Part shown: one piece after another, positions 27,793-46,114 of the stretch
How positions within the stretch are numbered: position 1 is the stretch's first letter
Layout of the letters: each line of letters starts with the position of its first letter
From: Amoebidium appalachense
Taxonomy: Eukaryota > Protista > Ichthyosporea
Reading direction: 5' to 3'
Assembly (NCBI GenBank): GCA_963693365.1
Contig: CAVNZM010000001.1
Location: forward strand, 6,836,907-6,900,906
Length of the DNA: 64,000 nucleotides
Translations under genes and position numbers: made by a program
The notes under the pieces: model-generated
Database searches by the model: none
The model's input: the letters and a program-made list of their open reading frames with translations, nothing else
What the model was told of the DNA's origin: nothing

Positions 27793-28846
27793 TTTTTTGT
27801 TCAGCTTTTTCCTTTTTATTTTTTTACGGTAGCCCTCCCCACTATCATAACTTCTTTTGTTTTTTTGAGGTTAGAGGGTAAATATCGTTCCCCGCTTCCC
27901 CTTCTCCACCCCAAAGTACGCGCTCTCCTCCCGGTCTTTGTCCTTTCCCAAATCACCTTTTCTTTTCTCTCCTTGAGTGCTTTTCTAATAACAAGGTATT
28001 GTACGTGCGTTTGTAGGTGGAACCAAGGAAGTGCGAGACAGGGTGGGGCAGGGCGGGAGTGGGGTGGGGTTGGGTTGGTGGTGGTAGGGCATGTTGGGGG
28101 AGGGGGGGAGGGCGGAATTGATACAAGGGTAGGGTGGGTGGGTGGGTGGGTGGGTGGTTTTTTTTGGGGGGGGGGGGGAGGAGGGGGGGGGGGGGCAGGT
28201 TAGAAGGATGGTGCAGAAGGACAGGGAAAGACAACCAGAACGAAGAACATGGTAAAGAAAGCTACATGGAAGGTGGTGTGGTAGTAGTGTAAGTTGGGGT
28301 TTAATATCTGGCACACTGTTACAACATAAAAATCCACAGCGGGTAAGGTAACAAAATATAGATAAAACAAAAAATATATATGTATACATATATAAAGTAG
28401 GAATATACCAACAGGGACAAAATGATTCCAAATAAGCAGAGACAAACTCCACGTAGGGCCCAAGTCATCCACTGACCCCGATATTGACAGAGGGTACGTT
28501 GGGAGGGATGGCGGGTGGGAGAGGAGGAGGAAGGGAGAGTGGGGCGGAAGGGGGATCCAAGGGCAGTATACACTCACGGTGTTAGTGCGTGGTGGAAGAA
28601 ACGAGAAGGTGGTGGTTGCTTGTGGGCAAGGGAGGAGGGGAGTGTGGGGTGGTGGAAGAAGAGAGGGGGAGGGGGGAGGAGGGGGGGGGGGGGGGGGGGG
28701 GGGGGAGGGGGGGTAAAGACACAAAAGGATATGGTATATCTCACTGTGAAAGGTTTATCCAGATGGACTTAGAGCTGATCACAAGTAGGTGAACATAGCA
28801 ACATCGCATTTTTATTTAGATTATAACTTCTTTAACAGCCACCTAC

Positions 28847-33160
<4,314 letters not shown>

Positions 33161-33914
33161 TCACAGTCTAACACTATGTTGCTTGATTTCGAGGTGAAGT
33201 TTGTGCGACGAACTCGAGGTAGCTACTTCAGCCTAAGAAGCAAGAGATTTTCAGGAAGGCCAGCTTGGTGCTTTGACAAGTATATTATGTGTCCAAAAAC
33301 GTGTTCGCCGCTGCCATGTAAATCACATATATGCTGTGTTACACATGTCAGGCAAAGAGTGTCCGTGTACGTAGCAGCTGACATGTGCACCTTTGGAGCC
33401 TCTTCCTGCCTGGTATAGCCCCAGCTGTATTTCTGGATTTGGTGGAGGGGTATTTTGGTTTGAACAGGTGTTCCCCGTGTGCATGAACAAGTTGAACGCC
33501 AAGTATGCGGATCGCCACGGACAGCTATGTAAGCTACATACATCAGCACTAGTGCCGCTCACTGAAGATCGCAAGTGGGAGTATAGGGGGAAAGCTGCCA
33601 ATCGATGATTGGATAACTAAAAAAAAGGGATGGTTCAAGACATATGATTGGTTTAGCCGTCACCACGGATCAAAGTTAATCTATGGAGATGTTTAGATTT
33701 GGAAAAGTACGTTCGAGGAGCCGTTTGTGGCCGAGCGGGTAAGCTCCTCGCCTCCGACGCAGGACGCACCTGGTACCGGGATGTAGCGCATTGGGGATCG
33801 GATGCCCTGATGGGACTCGCCTGGGTGCAGAACTATGGCAATGGCCCTCTAAGCTAACTCCAAACGGGGTAGTCAAGGATCGGATGCCTTGGCTATTCCG
33901 GAAGGTTTTTTTTT

Positions 33915-36713
33915 CCTCAAGCACACTCCACCATACCCCTCGTTGGATTTCGACCTTTTAATCCTCGTGCTCGGAATATCCAGCATTTTTCAATTCTTGT
34001 TAACTTCGTTTGCCTCAGGTTGAGACCACTCATCGTACGGACTGGTGTGCATCCATTTGGGCATCGAACGTTCGTTTCTCTCCTCTTTCCGATGCTACGT
34101 TGTCTACTGCGTCCGACCACAAGCCTATATTCTTATTCAGATCTCTTCTCCAGTTTCTTCACACCCTGTACGTATCACCAAGCGTCTCATTTCTCGCAAA
34201 TTCAAAAATGAACTCAATCGCCTTAGCATCCAACATGCCTATAAGGGGATTCACAGCACCCTCCTTCAAGCCGTTCAGGGCGCGGCAGAGGGGGGACCCT
34301 TCTCTCCTTGAGGTTTGTTATTCGCTCCTTATTGATTTTCTATTTGAGTTGGGCGATAGTGTGGTTGGTAGTGTGGAATATCCCTATGTTCGGTCACGAC
34401 CTTCCCTTACTCTAGACCACTTAAATCAAACACTTTCGAATGGCTCTTGTATTTCCACCCTTAAAAGTTTAGGCTGTTTTGGTCCTTCTATTACTATCAC
34501 ATGTAGTCCTGATAAACCCGACACAATCACTTCCACCGATGACTATTATTCCGAATTATTCCACCTTAACTCTGCTCCTTCCACTCATCCTTCATCTTCT
34601 TTACTTTCCACGCCACCCTCCTGGCCGATTGATTCTTCCTTTCCCGGTGAATATTTAAGTTATTTTAATGCTTCACACGTTCAACGTGCTATTTCTGCAC
34701 TCAAACCCAAAAAGGCTTGGGTGGTCCGGATGCCCTTCCACCAGCCCTTCTTAAGGCTTTGTGCCCTCCCCCCGTTATTACCAAAGGTGGTAGGACGCCT
34801 CCTCCTCCCCCCTTTGCGTATTTGGTGAGCGAATTTTTTTCGGCCTTTTATGAGTTGGGATTCATTCCGTCATCGTGAAATGACACCCTTGTTAATCCAG
34901 TCCGTAAGAAGGTCTCTACTGGTCCGATTTCTTCTTTTCGCCCAGTCACCTTAACCAACATAATTCGTTGTCTTTTTGAGTCGTGCATTTTGCACGCCTT
35001 CCGTAAGCATGAGACCTTATCGAATGCCTTCCGATTGAGTAACATTCAGGGCGGGTTTCGTCATGCTTATTCGTGTTATACTCATGCTCTGCTATTGCAC
35101 CACACCATTCGTTCTGGATGTCGCGAGGTCTGTTTCATCGACCTTAAGAATGCTTACGAAACGGTTCCGACGGATTTGCTTTGGCACAAACTTGCGACTC
35201 GTGGGCTACATCTTCCCTTTGGTCGGCTCCTTCAGGCGTTATTTGATCGTACCCATGGGGCTGCCGTTGTGAATGGGGTACTGAGTAACGGCTTCAGTCG
35301 CACTCGAGGCCTTTTACAGGGCTCACTTTTGAGTCCCCTTCTTTTTGATGTCTTCATTGACGACTTAGCGGTAGAAATCCAACAATTTCCAGTTACCGGT
35401 GATTCTTGTGTCTCCGGACTTTTTTTCACTGATGATATTGTCTTAGTCACCCACGATCCTTCCATTATGCATGACATACTTTCTCGCGTAGACGATTGGT
35501 GTTTCCGAAATTTCATGAAAATTGGGATAGATAAGTGCGGCACCTTTTCTCCCACTGCCCACCATACACTGAACAATCAACCTATCCCCGTTGTATCCTC
35601 CTATGACTATTTGGGTATTCCTTTCACCTCTCAGGGTATTTGCTTTAAACGCCTTTTGACTTCACGCATTTCCCGTGCACGTGGTCGCATTCATATCTAT
35701 CAAGGAATTTTTGAAAATATCTCTAATGTTCATCCTGCTAATTTACTCACTCTGTATAAAGTTTTTCTTCGTCCTTGTTTCGAATATGGCCTCCCGCCAC
35801 TCTTGTGTGCCCCTCCACGGCAACAGCGTGCGGCTCTACGCGAATTCGATTCCTTTCAGCGTGAAAATCATCCAGTTCGTTTCTCGAACCTCGAGTCGGC
35901 ATCCTTTGGCGGCCCCCTTGTTGAGTGTTTTTGGTCTCCCTCCAGCGCGTCAACGTATGAATGAATTAGGCCTTCGCTTTTGTTTTCATTTGGTTAGGCT
36001 TCCTCCTTATCATCCCTTGCTGCAATTTTTCCCTTCTTTCGCACCTGTTCCCATTTCTAATATTCATGCGAAATGTCCCATCCCCAATCTATCTCCCATT
36101 CCGAGATATCCTTTTAAATATATCTCTCCTTTATTTTTCTCTTCCACTATTTATCAGCAATATGTTACTTGGTTTCATACTCAATATCCTTTACTTCATC
36201 CTTGCGATAAAGCGTATCACGGTAGGACTCTTGAGCCTGTCCTTCTTTTTAATTTAGAGACTCGTTTATTTTCCTTACAATCGTTATGTAAATTAGCTAC
36301 TTATATTTCCCCTTCCTCTCGTAGACCTACCACACTCACTGATACTGCCATTTATACCCCTTCTTGTGATACTGCTTGGAAGTGATGTTTTGGCGTTGTA
36401 ACCTTTGTTTGTGTCAATTTTGTGCTGAACCTTTCTCTCGAAAACATTTAGATAGATGTATATATTTATCTCAGATTATTCCGTTTGAACTTAGACGATT
36501 AGCTTACTTAGATAATCCTGATATTACTTCTATTGACTATCTATTAAATCATCGTATGTTTACTGAGTTTTCTCGGGTATCATGATTATCTTAATCGTTA
36601 TCTCCTCCGTATCCGTGAGTAAGGCATTTTTGTTTTTTCTTCTCTGAGATATCTGCGATATCTCGCATGCTTCTCTTTTGATCATGATGAGCACATCAAT
36701 AAAGTCATTTTAA
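33915..36713 (+). mobile_element. Degenerate 5'-truncated non-LTR retrotransposon (LINE): APE remnant, RT and Cys/His-rich tail
   Basis: SDHKP endonuclease motif; RT motifs FRPVTL, QGGFR, FIDLKNAYETV, GLLQGSLLSPLLFDVFIDDL, FTDDI, YDYLGI; tail CQFC..FSRKHLDRC..SIDYLLN. Stops and frameshifts present; ends aataaagtcatt plus an AT-rich tail. 5' boundary approximate. Confidence 0.92.
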
Positions 36714-37438
36714 TTAAAAAAATTGTTCGTTGGCCTTGTGATGCTACGCGTTTTACGCCTCCGTCTTTGCGTCCACACGTGTGAAACGTGCGGGTTTGTG
36801 AGTGCAAATAAGTGAAATGGTGTACTGTAAATTACTGGGCTCGTGTGAGTCTGCATGCACATGGATGTAGGCGTTGTTGCACTGTAGCGTCGGGCAGCCA
36901 GCTGCAATTCCTTCTCAAGCGCGCGTGTGTGTCACGAACCACTGCTAATAATATTTGCAATGTATTTATGTGTGTGCACTTGTGTGTGTGCGTGTGTGTG
37001 TGTGTGTGTGCGCGTGCGTGCCAGTGTGTCTGTGTGTTTTTGTGTGCATGTGCATGTGCGTGTGCGTGTGTGTATGTTAGTGGAATCTTTGGTAAAAATG
37101 ACTAGAAGTTACAAAGTTATAAAAGCCGCCTTTACATCCCCAACCAACCTCCCCTTCCTCAGAAAACGGCGGACCGGGGGGAGGGGGAGAGGGAGGGGGG
37201 GAGGGGGGGGGGGGGGGGGGGGAGGGGTCATAATATCATTGAATTTTGCCTTTGGTCGTTGATGGGCCAAGACTCAATGGTATTTGGCCCAGGAGAACTT
37301 TCTTGTATTGAATCATTTTTCGAATGACGCTTAGCTAGAGTATCCGGAAACCAGAACTGCTTACTTACGGCTCATGCAGAGAGGGATACGGCATACCATC
37401 ATGTTAGGGGGGGGTCATAATATCATTGAATTTTTATA

Positions 37439-38799
37439 TATATAATGACTTTATTGATATGCTCATGAAAATAGAGGCAATCGAGATATCACAGATATCT
37501 CGGTAAAGAAGATACAAAAACTGTCCTTACTCTCGGATACGGAGTAGATAACGACTGAGATAATCATACACCCTAGAAAACTCATTAAACATACGGTGAT
37601 TTAAGAGATAGTCAATAGACGTAATATCAGGATTATCTAAATAAGCCAGTCGTCTAACTTCGAACGGAATAATCTGAGATAAATAAATACATCTATCTAA
37701 ATGTTTACGAGAAATTGGCTCTGCACAAAAGTGGCCGACTTATGGAAACAAAGATTACAACGCCAAACAAACATTTCCAAGCAACATCACAAGAAGGGGC
37801 TAGGATTGCAAAATCTGTAAAGGGTGGTAGGTTTACGAGAGGAAGGATGAATATAAGTAGCTAATTTACACAACGATTGTAAAGAAAATAGGCGAGTTTC
37901 TAAGATAAAGAGAAGCACAGGCTCAAGAGTCCTACCATGATACTCTGCATCACTACGATGAAGCAAAGGATATTGAGTATGAAACCAAGTAACATACTGC
38001 TGATAAACAGTGGAAGAGAAAAATAAAGGAGATAAATATTTAAAAGGATATCTCTGAATGGGAGATAAATTGGGTATAGGATATTTCGCACGAACATTAG
38101 AAACGGGAACAGGTGCTAAAGAAGGAAAGAATTGCAACAAAGGATGATACGAAGGAAGCCTAGCCAAATGAAAACAAAAGCGAAGTCCTAATTCATTCAC
38201 ACGCTGGTGTGCCGGAGGAAGACCAAAAACACTCAGCAAAGGTACCGCCAGAGGACGCCGACGTCACGTTCGAGAAATAAACTGGATGAATTCACGCTGG
38301 AAGGAATCGAATTCCCGAAGAGCCGCACGTTGTTGCCGTAGAGGGGCACACAAAAGCAACGGGAGGCCATATTCGAAACATGGACGAATGAAAACTTTAT
38401 GAAGAGTTAGCAGATTGGCAGGATGAATGTCAGAAATATTTGCGAATATTCCTTGATAGATATGTAAGCGACCACGCGCACGGGAAATGCGCAATAAAGG
38501 CGTTCAAAGCAAATACCGTTATTGGTGAAGGGAATACCTAGATAGTCATAGGTGGATACGACTGGGATAGGTTGATTGTTCAGTGTGTAGTGTGCATTGG
38601 GAGAAAATGTGCCGCATTTATCTATCCCAATTTTCCTGAAATTCCTGAAACACCAATCATCGAGTCGAGAAAGCATGGTAAACATAATGGAAGGATCGTT
38701 AGTGACTAACACAATGTCATCAGCGAAAAAAAGTCCAGACACACAAGATTCGCCGATAACTGGAAATTGTTGAATTTCGACCGCTAAGTCGTCAATAAA
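37439..38799 (-). mobile_element. Second, more 5'-truncated copy of the same LINE family, inverted
   Basis: Begins at FIDDLAVEIQQFPV..LFFADDI and is colinear with 35350-36710; frameshifted; same aataaagtcatt 3' end. Confidence 0.92.
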
Positions 38800-39221
38800 C
38801 ACACACACACCCCACCCCCCCTCCCCTCTCCCTCCTCTCCCCGCTTCCACCACAACCACGAACATCCATCACCTGCTGTTGGCCGACACACATACAACCT
38901 ACCCGTGCAACCAGCTTCTCTCATATGCCCTTTCATCTCTAGATCTCCTTTCTCCCCTCGTCACGGTCTCCCACTATCCGATAGCTACCTTCTACCCTCA
39001 CGGTGCTTTCTTCCAATCTCCCCTGACAGGTACTCCAGCCTAACACATACCTGACTGCTTGATTTCTCTCACGACCTCTGCACCCACATCTCTGTCCCCC
39101 TTACCTGAGCTCTCTTTCTCTCTCGCTCCCCCCCCCCCCCCCCCCCCCCTGCGCACACAACAGCACTCGGGCTAGGTGCACAGGGTTAAGAACTCTCCGA
39201 GTGTGCGAGTGTATTAGCGTG

Positions 39222-39252
<31 letters not shown>

Positions 39253-39255
39253 GGG

Positions 39256-39550
39256 TTTTGAATGCGTCAAAAAGTACGAAGTACACAAGAACAAACGGAT
39301 AACACGATGCAGAATGCAAGCCATACATAAAGAGTATGCATAATAAGCAGAGCCCATCCTCAGGGGGGGCCCACGTCATCCACAGTACCCGAGTTTCGAC
39401 CTATTCCCCTCGTTAACGAAACCCAACTCAGATACTGTTTCACTTGAACATGAGTAGGTCACCCGTCTTGATCAGAGACGAGCAGGGTTGCTTATGCAGG
39501 CAAGGGCAGTGGGAAAGGCCGGGGGTTAAAGTTGCAGCAGTAAGCAGAAG
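39256..39550 (-). mobile_element. Longest copy of the dispersed repeat, subfamily A (may extend to about 39880)
   Basis: Contains all blocks seen in the shorter A copies; fixed end abuts a G-run. Confidence 0.8.
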
Positions 39551-40247
39551 CAAGAAAAATATAGATAGGAACTGGGGGTGGGAGGCTATTGGTACACTCT
39601 TAGAATGCAGTGACTCCAGGGGAGGAAATGGTTTTGGAGAGTCGGGATGGGGAAGAAGGAGAGGCAGAGACATTTGATGCCACATGGTAGCGGTGGTGGG
39701 TGAGGGGAAGAGGGGAGAGAGATGGGAGAGGACATGGAGGTTAGGGAAAAAGGACAGGAGCTCAGGGGAGAGGTGGGTGGGGGCAGCGGAAAGAGGGATG
39801 AAAGGAAAGGACTCGAAAGTCAGAGGAAAGAACAGGAACCGGGGGGAGGGGCAGGGGATGGGGGGGGGACAGCGGAGGAGGAGAAACGATGTACTTTTTC
39901 AGGTTGTTTATTACTAGCTGGCAACGCCACTACACATACGATGGCACCTACATGCCACTGTTAATCTACGTGCTTATTATTTACAAAGGTTAATCCAGGG
40001 CAAAACGGGAACAGTGAGTGCTCATCTGGCATCCCCACGTGTCCTACGAAAGAGGAACAATGATCTACCAAAAATACCGCACACGTACCAAAATACCAAA
40101 ATCCGGTTTGTGTCAACCGGATAAAGGGCTTTCATTAGTTACCATCACTAGAGCCAATCCCCCACCACACGATCAAATTACGCTTGTGCTTATCGGATCC
40201 CGATCCAACCCGATAAGAAGAGATTTCGTAACTACAGTTTTAGGAAC

Positions 40248-40900
40248 TTACGCAGCAGCGGGCTGTGCGGCAGCAGCCATGAGGGCCTTCTCCTGCTCAG
40301 CCTTCTTGGCAGGGGACTCGAACGGGTTGGGGCCCATGCCGTTCAAGTACTTCTCGAAGGGGGTAAGAGACAGGGTGCCCCAGTCACCGGTACCGAACCC
40401 CTTGACGGTGACGAAAGCAGTGGCGATGGGCACCATGGCACCGACATAGCCGATGATGCCGGGCTGGGAGGTGAGGAAGCCGAACCTCTCGATGGTCTTG
40501 GGTGCGTGGCACATGGTGGCAGACCCCGCGGCAATGGGGTTAATGTGGTCGATGAGGTACTTCTTGGGGTCCGTGACCAGGGGGTTCATGGCGGCCTCCC
40601 AGAAGAGGTACATGTAGATGCCGACAAAGGCAAACGACACACCGTGCAAGATGGAGTATCCCGGGGTGGCCTTCCAGCTCAGCTTCTCAACCTGCAGGGG
40701 TAGTGCCGTGTCAGTACGTGAGGCGGCAGACAAGGAGGAAGAGTGGCAAGAGTTGGTTTTAGGGGAAGAGGACGGGGAGATGGGAAACTTGGAAAGGGAA
40801 AGAGGGGGGAGGAGGCGGGGGGCCAGCAGGGGGGGGAGGAGGCGGGGGCTAGCTTCGAAGTGTACAAAGGAAAACAAAGTACCTAGGGAAAACGAAGGGG

Positions 40901-40933
<33 letters not shown>

Positions 40934-42034
40934 TGAATGCGGAACCACGGTACGAAGTACGCATACACGAAGGACACATGCAAAGGCAAACATTCAAGTA
41001 TGCAACATAGCCATGCGCACGAGTAAGGAGGAAAGGAAAAACGGCAGTGAGGGCTCGTGGGATGGGGTGGGGTGGGGAGTGGGGGGCGGGGGGGGGGGGG
41101 GGGGGGGGGGGTTGGGAGGGAGGGGGCAGGTGAGTGGAGCCTAGCAGTCATAGGGAGCCTAGCAGTCATAGGGTAAAAGGAAACAGTAGAAAGGGTGAGG
41201 GGGTGGGGTGGGGGGGCTTTGGAGGGAGGGGGGGGGGAGGGGGGTCAAGAAGAAGACATATCGAAGTCATGCTGTGGGCCCAGGGGGTAGGGACCAACAG
41301 AAGATGGAACGGAAGTTGGGAAAGCAGAACATGCAGCAGCCGAGGACTGATTATGCGGGAGATGCAGGGACGGGGGCCCGGTGGAAGGAGATCTTGGAGA
41401 GGTAGTCTTGAAACAGAGGAGGGGAAGCATAAATTGAAAGATGTGTGGCGGCGAAGGAATCCACACTCAGAAAGTTCATATAGAGGGGAGTTGGCGACTT
41501 ACCCCGGCCCTCTGAGCAAGGATCTTGGCAAAGAGCACGTCCACAAAGGCCAGGGGGGCGGCAATGGTGAGGATGTGCTCGGTCTTGGTGCCCCACCACT
41601 TGTTGCCGACGGGCCGGCCGAGGTACTCGTTCACGAAACCATAGTCGAGCTTCTGGGTGGGGTGAAGCACAAAGTTGCTCATCCAGTTGGCCCTGCGGGA
41701 TGGAGAAGAACAGGGATTTAGAGATGTGTCACAATGCTAGGTTGGTTATTGAAGTGAAGGACAACGGGGTGTGTTTCTAAGCACAGGCCATTAAATCATG
41801 CTCAGCTTGGTGTGAAATATTCAAGCAGGAACAGTCCCTTTGAAGATCAGTGCCCTTGCATTGATGCAGAGCCTCGTGTATGAATTGGGACAGCAGATCT
41901 AGAGGGACCCCCACGCATGACTGAACATCCCTGAAGAAGGTGAAGTGCGCCAAAATGACGGCAAGAGTTTGGTGACAGAAAACTCACCCAGCCAGAAGGC
42001 CGTAGGTGCTGACGACAGACTTCACGAAAGACAT
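40248..42034 (-). CDS. 226-aa hypothetical multi-pass membrane protein; complement(join(40248..40691,41503..41692,41988..42034))
   Basis: Strong donors (gtgagt, gtaagt) and matching phases (2, 0); 681 nt open; strongly C/G-ending codons; several hydrophobic segments. Family not recognised. Confidence 0.85.
40932..41025 (-). mobile_element. Dispersed retroposon-like repeat, subfamily B copy
   Basis: Matches 30275-30386 with a small internal deletion; follows a G-run. Confidence 0.75.
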
Positions 42035-43512
42035 TCTGTACTTCGAAGGAGCCGAAAACAGGCGACAGCACGCGAAACGACAGGAGGGAAGGGCAGCCAA
42101 ACTGTTAAAATGCGCGAGATTTATATACTTGCGAAAACGACAGAGAACAACATGATCTATACCCAATCAAAATTGCTCAGATGAGCCGTCATATGTGACG
42201 CAGTTTGCTCCTGGGTTATTTTTCGCTCATATACTATTTATAGAAATCGACAAAATTTCCAAGTTAAAAATATTCTGTAATTGTTTTTCGCCTTTCATGC
42301 TTATAAAACATTTTTTACACTCATAAAGTCGGGTAAGCTACCGATACCACAAAAGCTGGATTGTTCTTAAAACCCAATCATGTCTCCCGTTGTCACACAG
42401 TTTATCTAGAGAGTCTGACCGTGGATCAGCGGTGATCGCAGACGCCGTTCCTATTGGCACAGAGAACCCGTTCAAATAGGCTCTGGTATATTGTAGAGAT
42501 AGGCAAAAAGCCACTTTAGTCGTGATCAGTTGTAAGGTTTGGGCCGTTGGTTACTGTGTGAAAAACAAACCAAAAAGTACCCTAAAAGCTTTATGTATAT
42601 GAAAACACTCTAATTTTTTTAAAAAAAATTATAAAACGGTATTCTTAGTATGGGCTTTTTTATTTGTTGTTGATGTTGGCGAAGATCATGTCATACAACA
42701 TTCACATCATTGAATATTCCTCCCAGAAAGCTTTTTTTGCCAACCTCTAGTGAGCCATTACAGGAATTTAGATTAGTAGTCGGACTCGTGGTCCGCGGGA
42801 CTGTACTATAGCCTAAGTACCACACCGAACGACTATTGTTCAATTACTGTAGCTACTGTAAATAATCCTCAAGATTCGTCACTTGTGTAGCTCAAGCTAT
42901 TTTTTGAATACCCAAACCTGGAATATATTCCGTTGGTGTACTGAGATCCACCAGGACTGGAGCGGCTGAGGAGCCCATGTAGCAACGTTTCCGATTGGCG
43001 AACAACATCTTTTTGAACGGGTGCAAATCTACTGTCCAAATGCATATCGCGGCCCACACGGTACAGTCACCTATGCTCAAGGCTCAATCATTTATGTGTG
43101 TACAAAAATATTTTATATAGACAGTAACATTATATGTAACTCAAGTTCAATGCATAGCAACAACAAAGAATATTGCAGTTGCAGTTTCCTCGAGCTCAAA
43201 CATTTAAATATCTAATCTCGATCCTCAGCCGTATCATGATGATCGATATATCGATATCCGCACCTGCCTCTGCTCTTCTCTGCTTACTAACATATCATAG
43301 GAAATACTTTCTACGTAAGACATCCAAGAAATATCACGGGAGAGTATTATAACTGGTTGGAGGCAGTCCTTTACTCGTTAGGCAAGGCTCAATGCACAAT
43401 AGTGAGCTGTCAAACTGTAACTTGCGCCAGCCTGCAAGTCTAGCTACAAAGTTGAATTGGATCATGATTTATGAAATTTACATCGCTCCAAGAACTTTTT
43501 AAGGCGAGCATG

Positions 43513-43585
43513 ATTGGGTGCATCTCCGACCTTGCTCATGATTGGCACAACATTTTGATTGGCCAATTGTTTTTCTGCATCCAAT
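43513..43585. promoter_or_regulatory. Cluster of five CCAAT/ATTGG boxes, possible NF-Y promoter
   Basis: ATTGG at 43513, 43541 and 43558; CCAAT at 43563 and 43581. Target transcript not identified. Confidence 0.3.
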
Positions 43586-44445
43586 AGGAAAGGTCAACTC
43601 ATTTCCGGATCAGGACATAAATTTAAACAATGGGGACGGCTGGAGACTGAGAAAGCACACACCTTTGTACAGAAGCGGGTACTGGGCCGTGTGTAGGTAA
43701 ATGCTTGTGAAACTCTTTGCTTTTATGTTTTCATAGCAAATAACAACGGTTTGTCTATTTGAAACTCGGAGAATATTCGGAACTTCATTAGGGAGACTCC
43801 AGGCCACGAACCCTAGTTACCCTACGTAATAACTTTTTGCAGAGACGTCGACATAGGACTCTTGACTCGCGGTGTGATCAATGATCAAACACATGCATGC
43901 ATGGGGGTACGTGATCCATTCATAGCAAGCAGGCTTGTAGGATATATGTACTTGTGTAAATGATAGCAAACTACATTATTATCAATGACTGACAATCGAG
44001 AGTCAGTCTTTTTGTTTGCTGGTTTAGGCAAAAATGGAAACCACACGCCTGATAGCTTGCTTGAGCAAAATGCTGTAGGCCTAGCTAGGAAAGCGACTGC
44101 ATGTGCATGGGGAGTGGTGAATCTTGTGGCACAACCGTTCGTAAAAAATAATAAAGAAGCCGACATGGCCCCCTAAAAAAAAAATTCCATTGTTAGTGAG
44201 AGGGAGCCATTAATTACATAGCCAGTTGATAGTCCAGCCCCACCTTCAATACAGTATGCAGCAACCGCGTTGATGCAACATTCTACGTAGGTCAGTTAAA
44301 ATAAAAACTTGTCAATTTCTTGTCCCCACACGACATATATATGACCCTGCGACACGACATTTTCAGGACGTTGAGCCTGAGGACTATGACTCTGAGTTGT
44401 GTTGGCACGCATCCGTGCTACTTATAGAAACTCCACATCATTACG

Positions 44446-44497
<52 letters not shown>

Positions 44498-44523
44498 GTC
44501 ACGCACACGCACGCGTGCGCGCG

Positions 44524-44579
<56 letters not shown>

Positions 44580-44628
44580 CACGCACATGGCACATACACA
44601 CACAAACACACAAACGTAAACACAAACA

Positions 44629-44676
<48 letters not shown>

Positions 44677-44951
44677 ACACAAACACACAAACATGACACA
44701 CATTGTGACACAGACATAGACACGCGCACACCTTTGACACGCACAAACGCAAACATGTGGCACCAACACCGTATGGCATGTTTTCCTGTTGAAAAATCAC
44801 TACACACAGTAGTCGCCTGAGATACCTTTAAGCCGGGACACGCACATACACCATTGCAAAAAAAAAAAAAACTTAGTGAATTGATTCACGACAACTGACA
44901 CACACACGACAACTGACACACACACGAACACTGAAAAATGCACCGTGGCGT

Positions 44952-45019
<68 letters not shown>

Positions 45020-46080
45020 GTACACACACCCTGAGTCTCACCCACACATAAATATGCGCACCACACGGCGTGGACACGCACAAACTTGGAGCACACAAAC
45101 CTGTGAATTCAGCACTGTGGCTACTACAGTCGCACACACGGCTCTGGAGCATTCATCTACACCGTTGTGATACAGTCACTTTCAAACACGCAGGCATAGT
45201 ATGCATGCATACATCCACACATACCTCACACTTGCATACCATTGTCACACCAACCGCGTGGGGCAAAATGTATAATGACCACATACAGGGACACATGTGC
45301 ATGCACACTACACACACGCACACGCTAACACCGTGTACACACACACACACACAGACACACAAACCCACACACACATGCACGGTTGAGAAGTCACTGTGGG
45401 ACGGCAGCCATTCAAAACACGTGGGATGTTGGATTAGTACAGAAGGGTGGGTCGGGTTGTTGCATGTTTTGTTTGTGGTGCCACCAACAGCTGTTGGGCT
45501 ACATGTGAGCGGATGCTGGCCGTGTGCCAAAACCTTCCCTCGGATCGGCAAGCAAGTTGGCTCTTCCCCCCCTCCCCTACCCTCCCCCAGGCACCCATGC
45601 CTACCTCTCTGTCCGGGCCCTCCATCAATTCCACCAGTACACTCCTCAGCCCCTCACGAGAATCTTCATCTTGCAGAGTTACATGGGTGCTTCCCCTTCC
45701 CCCCTGTTTCTCCCCCCCCCCCCCCCCCCCCCCCCTCCTCCTCCTCCCCTCCCCTAGGCCTCCCCCCTTCCCAGACAACCCCTTCCTCCCCATAAATACA
45801 CAACCACACAGCGTCACATGCTTATGCTCAGAAGCACTTATATCCACGTGTAGTCCCCCCACCCCCCGCCCCTCCCTTCCGCTCCTACCCCTGCCCTCCA
45901 GGTGGCACCCCTACTCACCCAACTCCAACCCCATCCCCACCTTCCCCCTCATCACGCGCCCCACTCACCACCACACGGCACCACCCAGCCTGTACATGTT
46001 TGAAGGTGCCTGCTCGGGAGTCTTGTGCTTACTCTGTGTAAGTTGTGCAACGTTTGGCAAGTGCACAGGAGGAAGCGCCC

Positions 46081-46114
<34 letters not shown>

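Noticed and set aside
33715-33790. tRNA-like A box (tggccgagcgggtaag) or HDV-like ribozyme upstream of the LINE
   Set aside because: No B box or cloverleaf, and the P3/P1 pairings required around TCCTCGC are missing.
39386-39416. Minimal hammerhead-like motif in the repeat (minus strand TTAACGAG..CGAAAC-TCGG-GTA)
   Set aside because: The core deviates from CUGANGA and stems I and II do not pair convincingly. Worth retesting on a family consensus.
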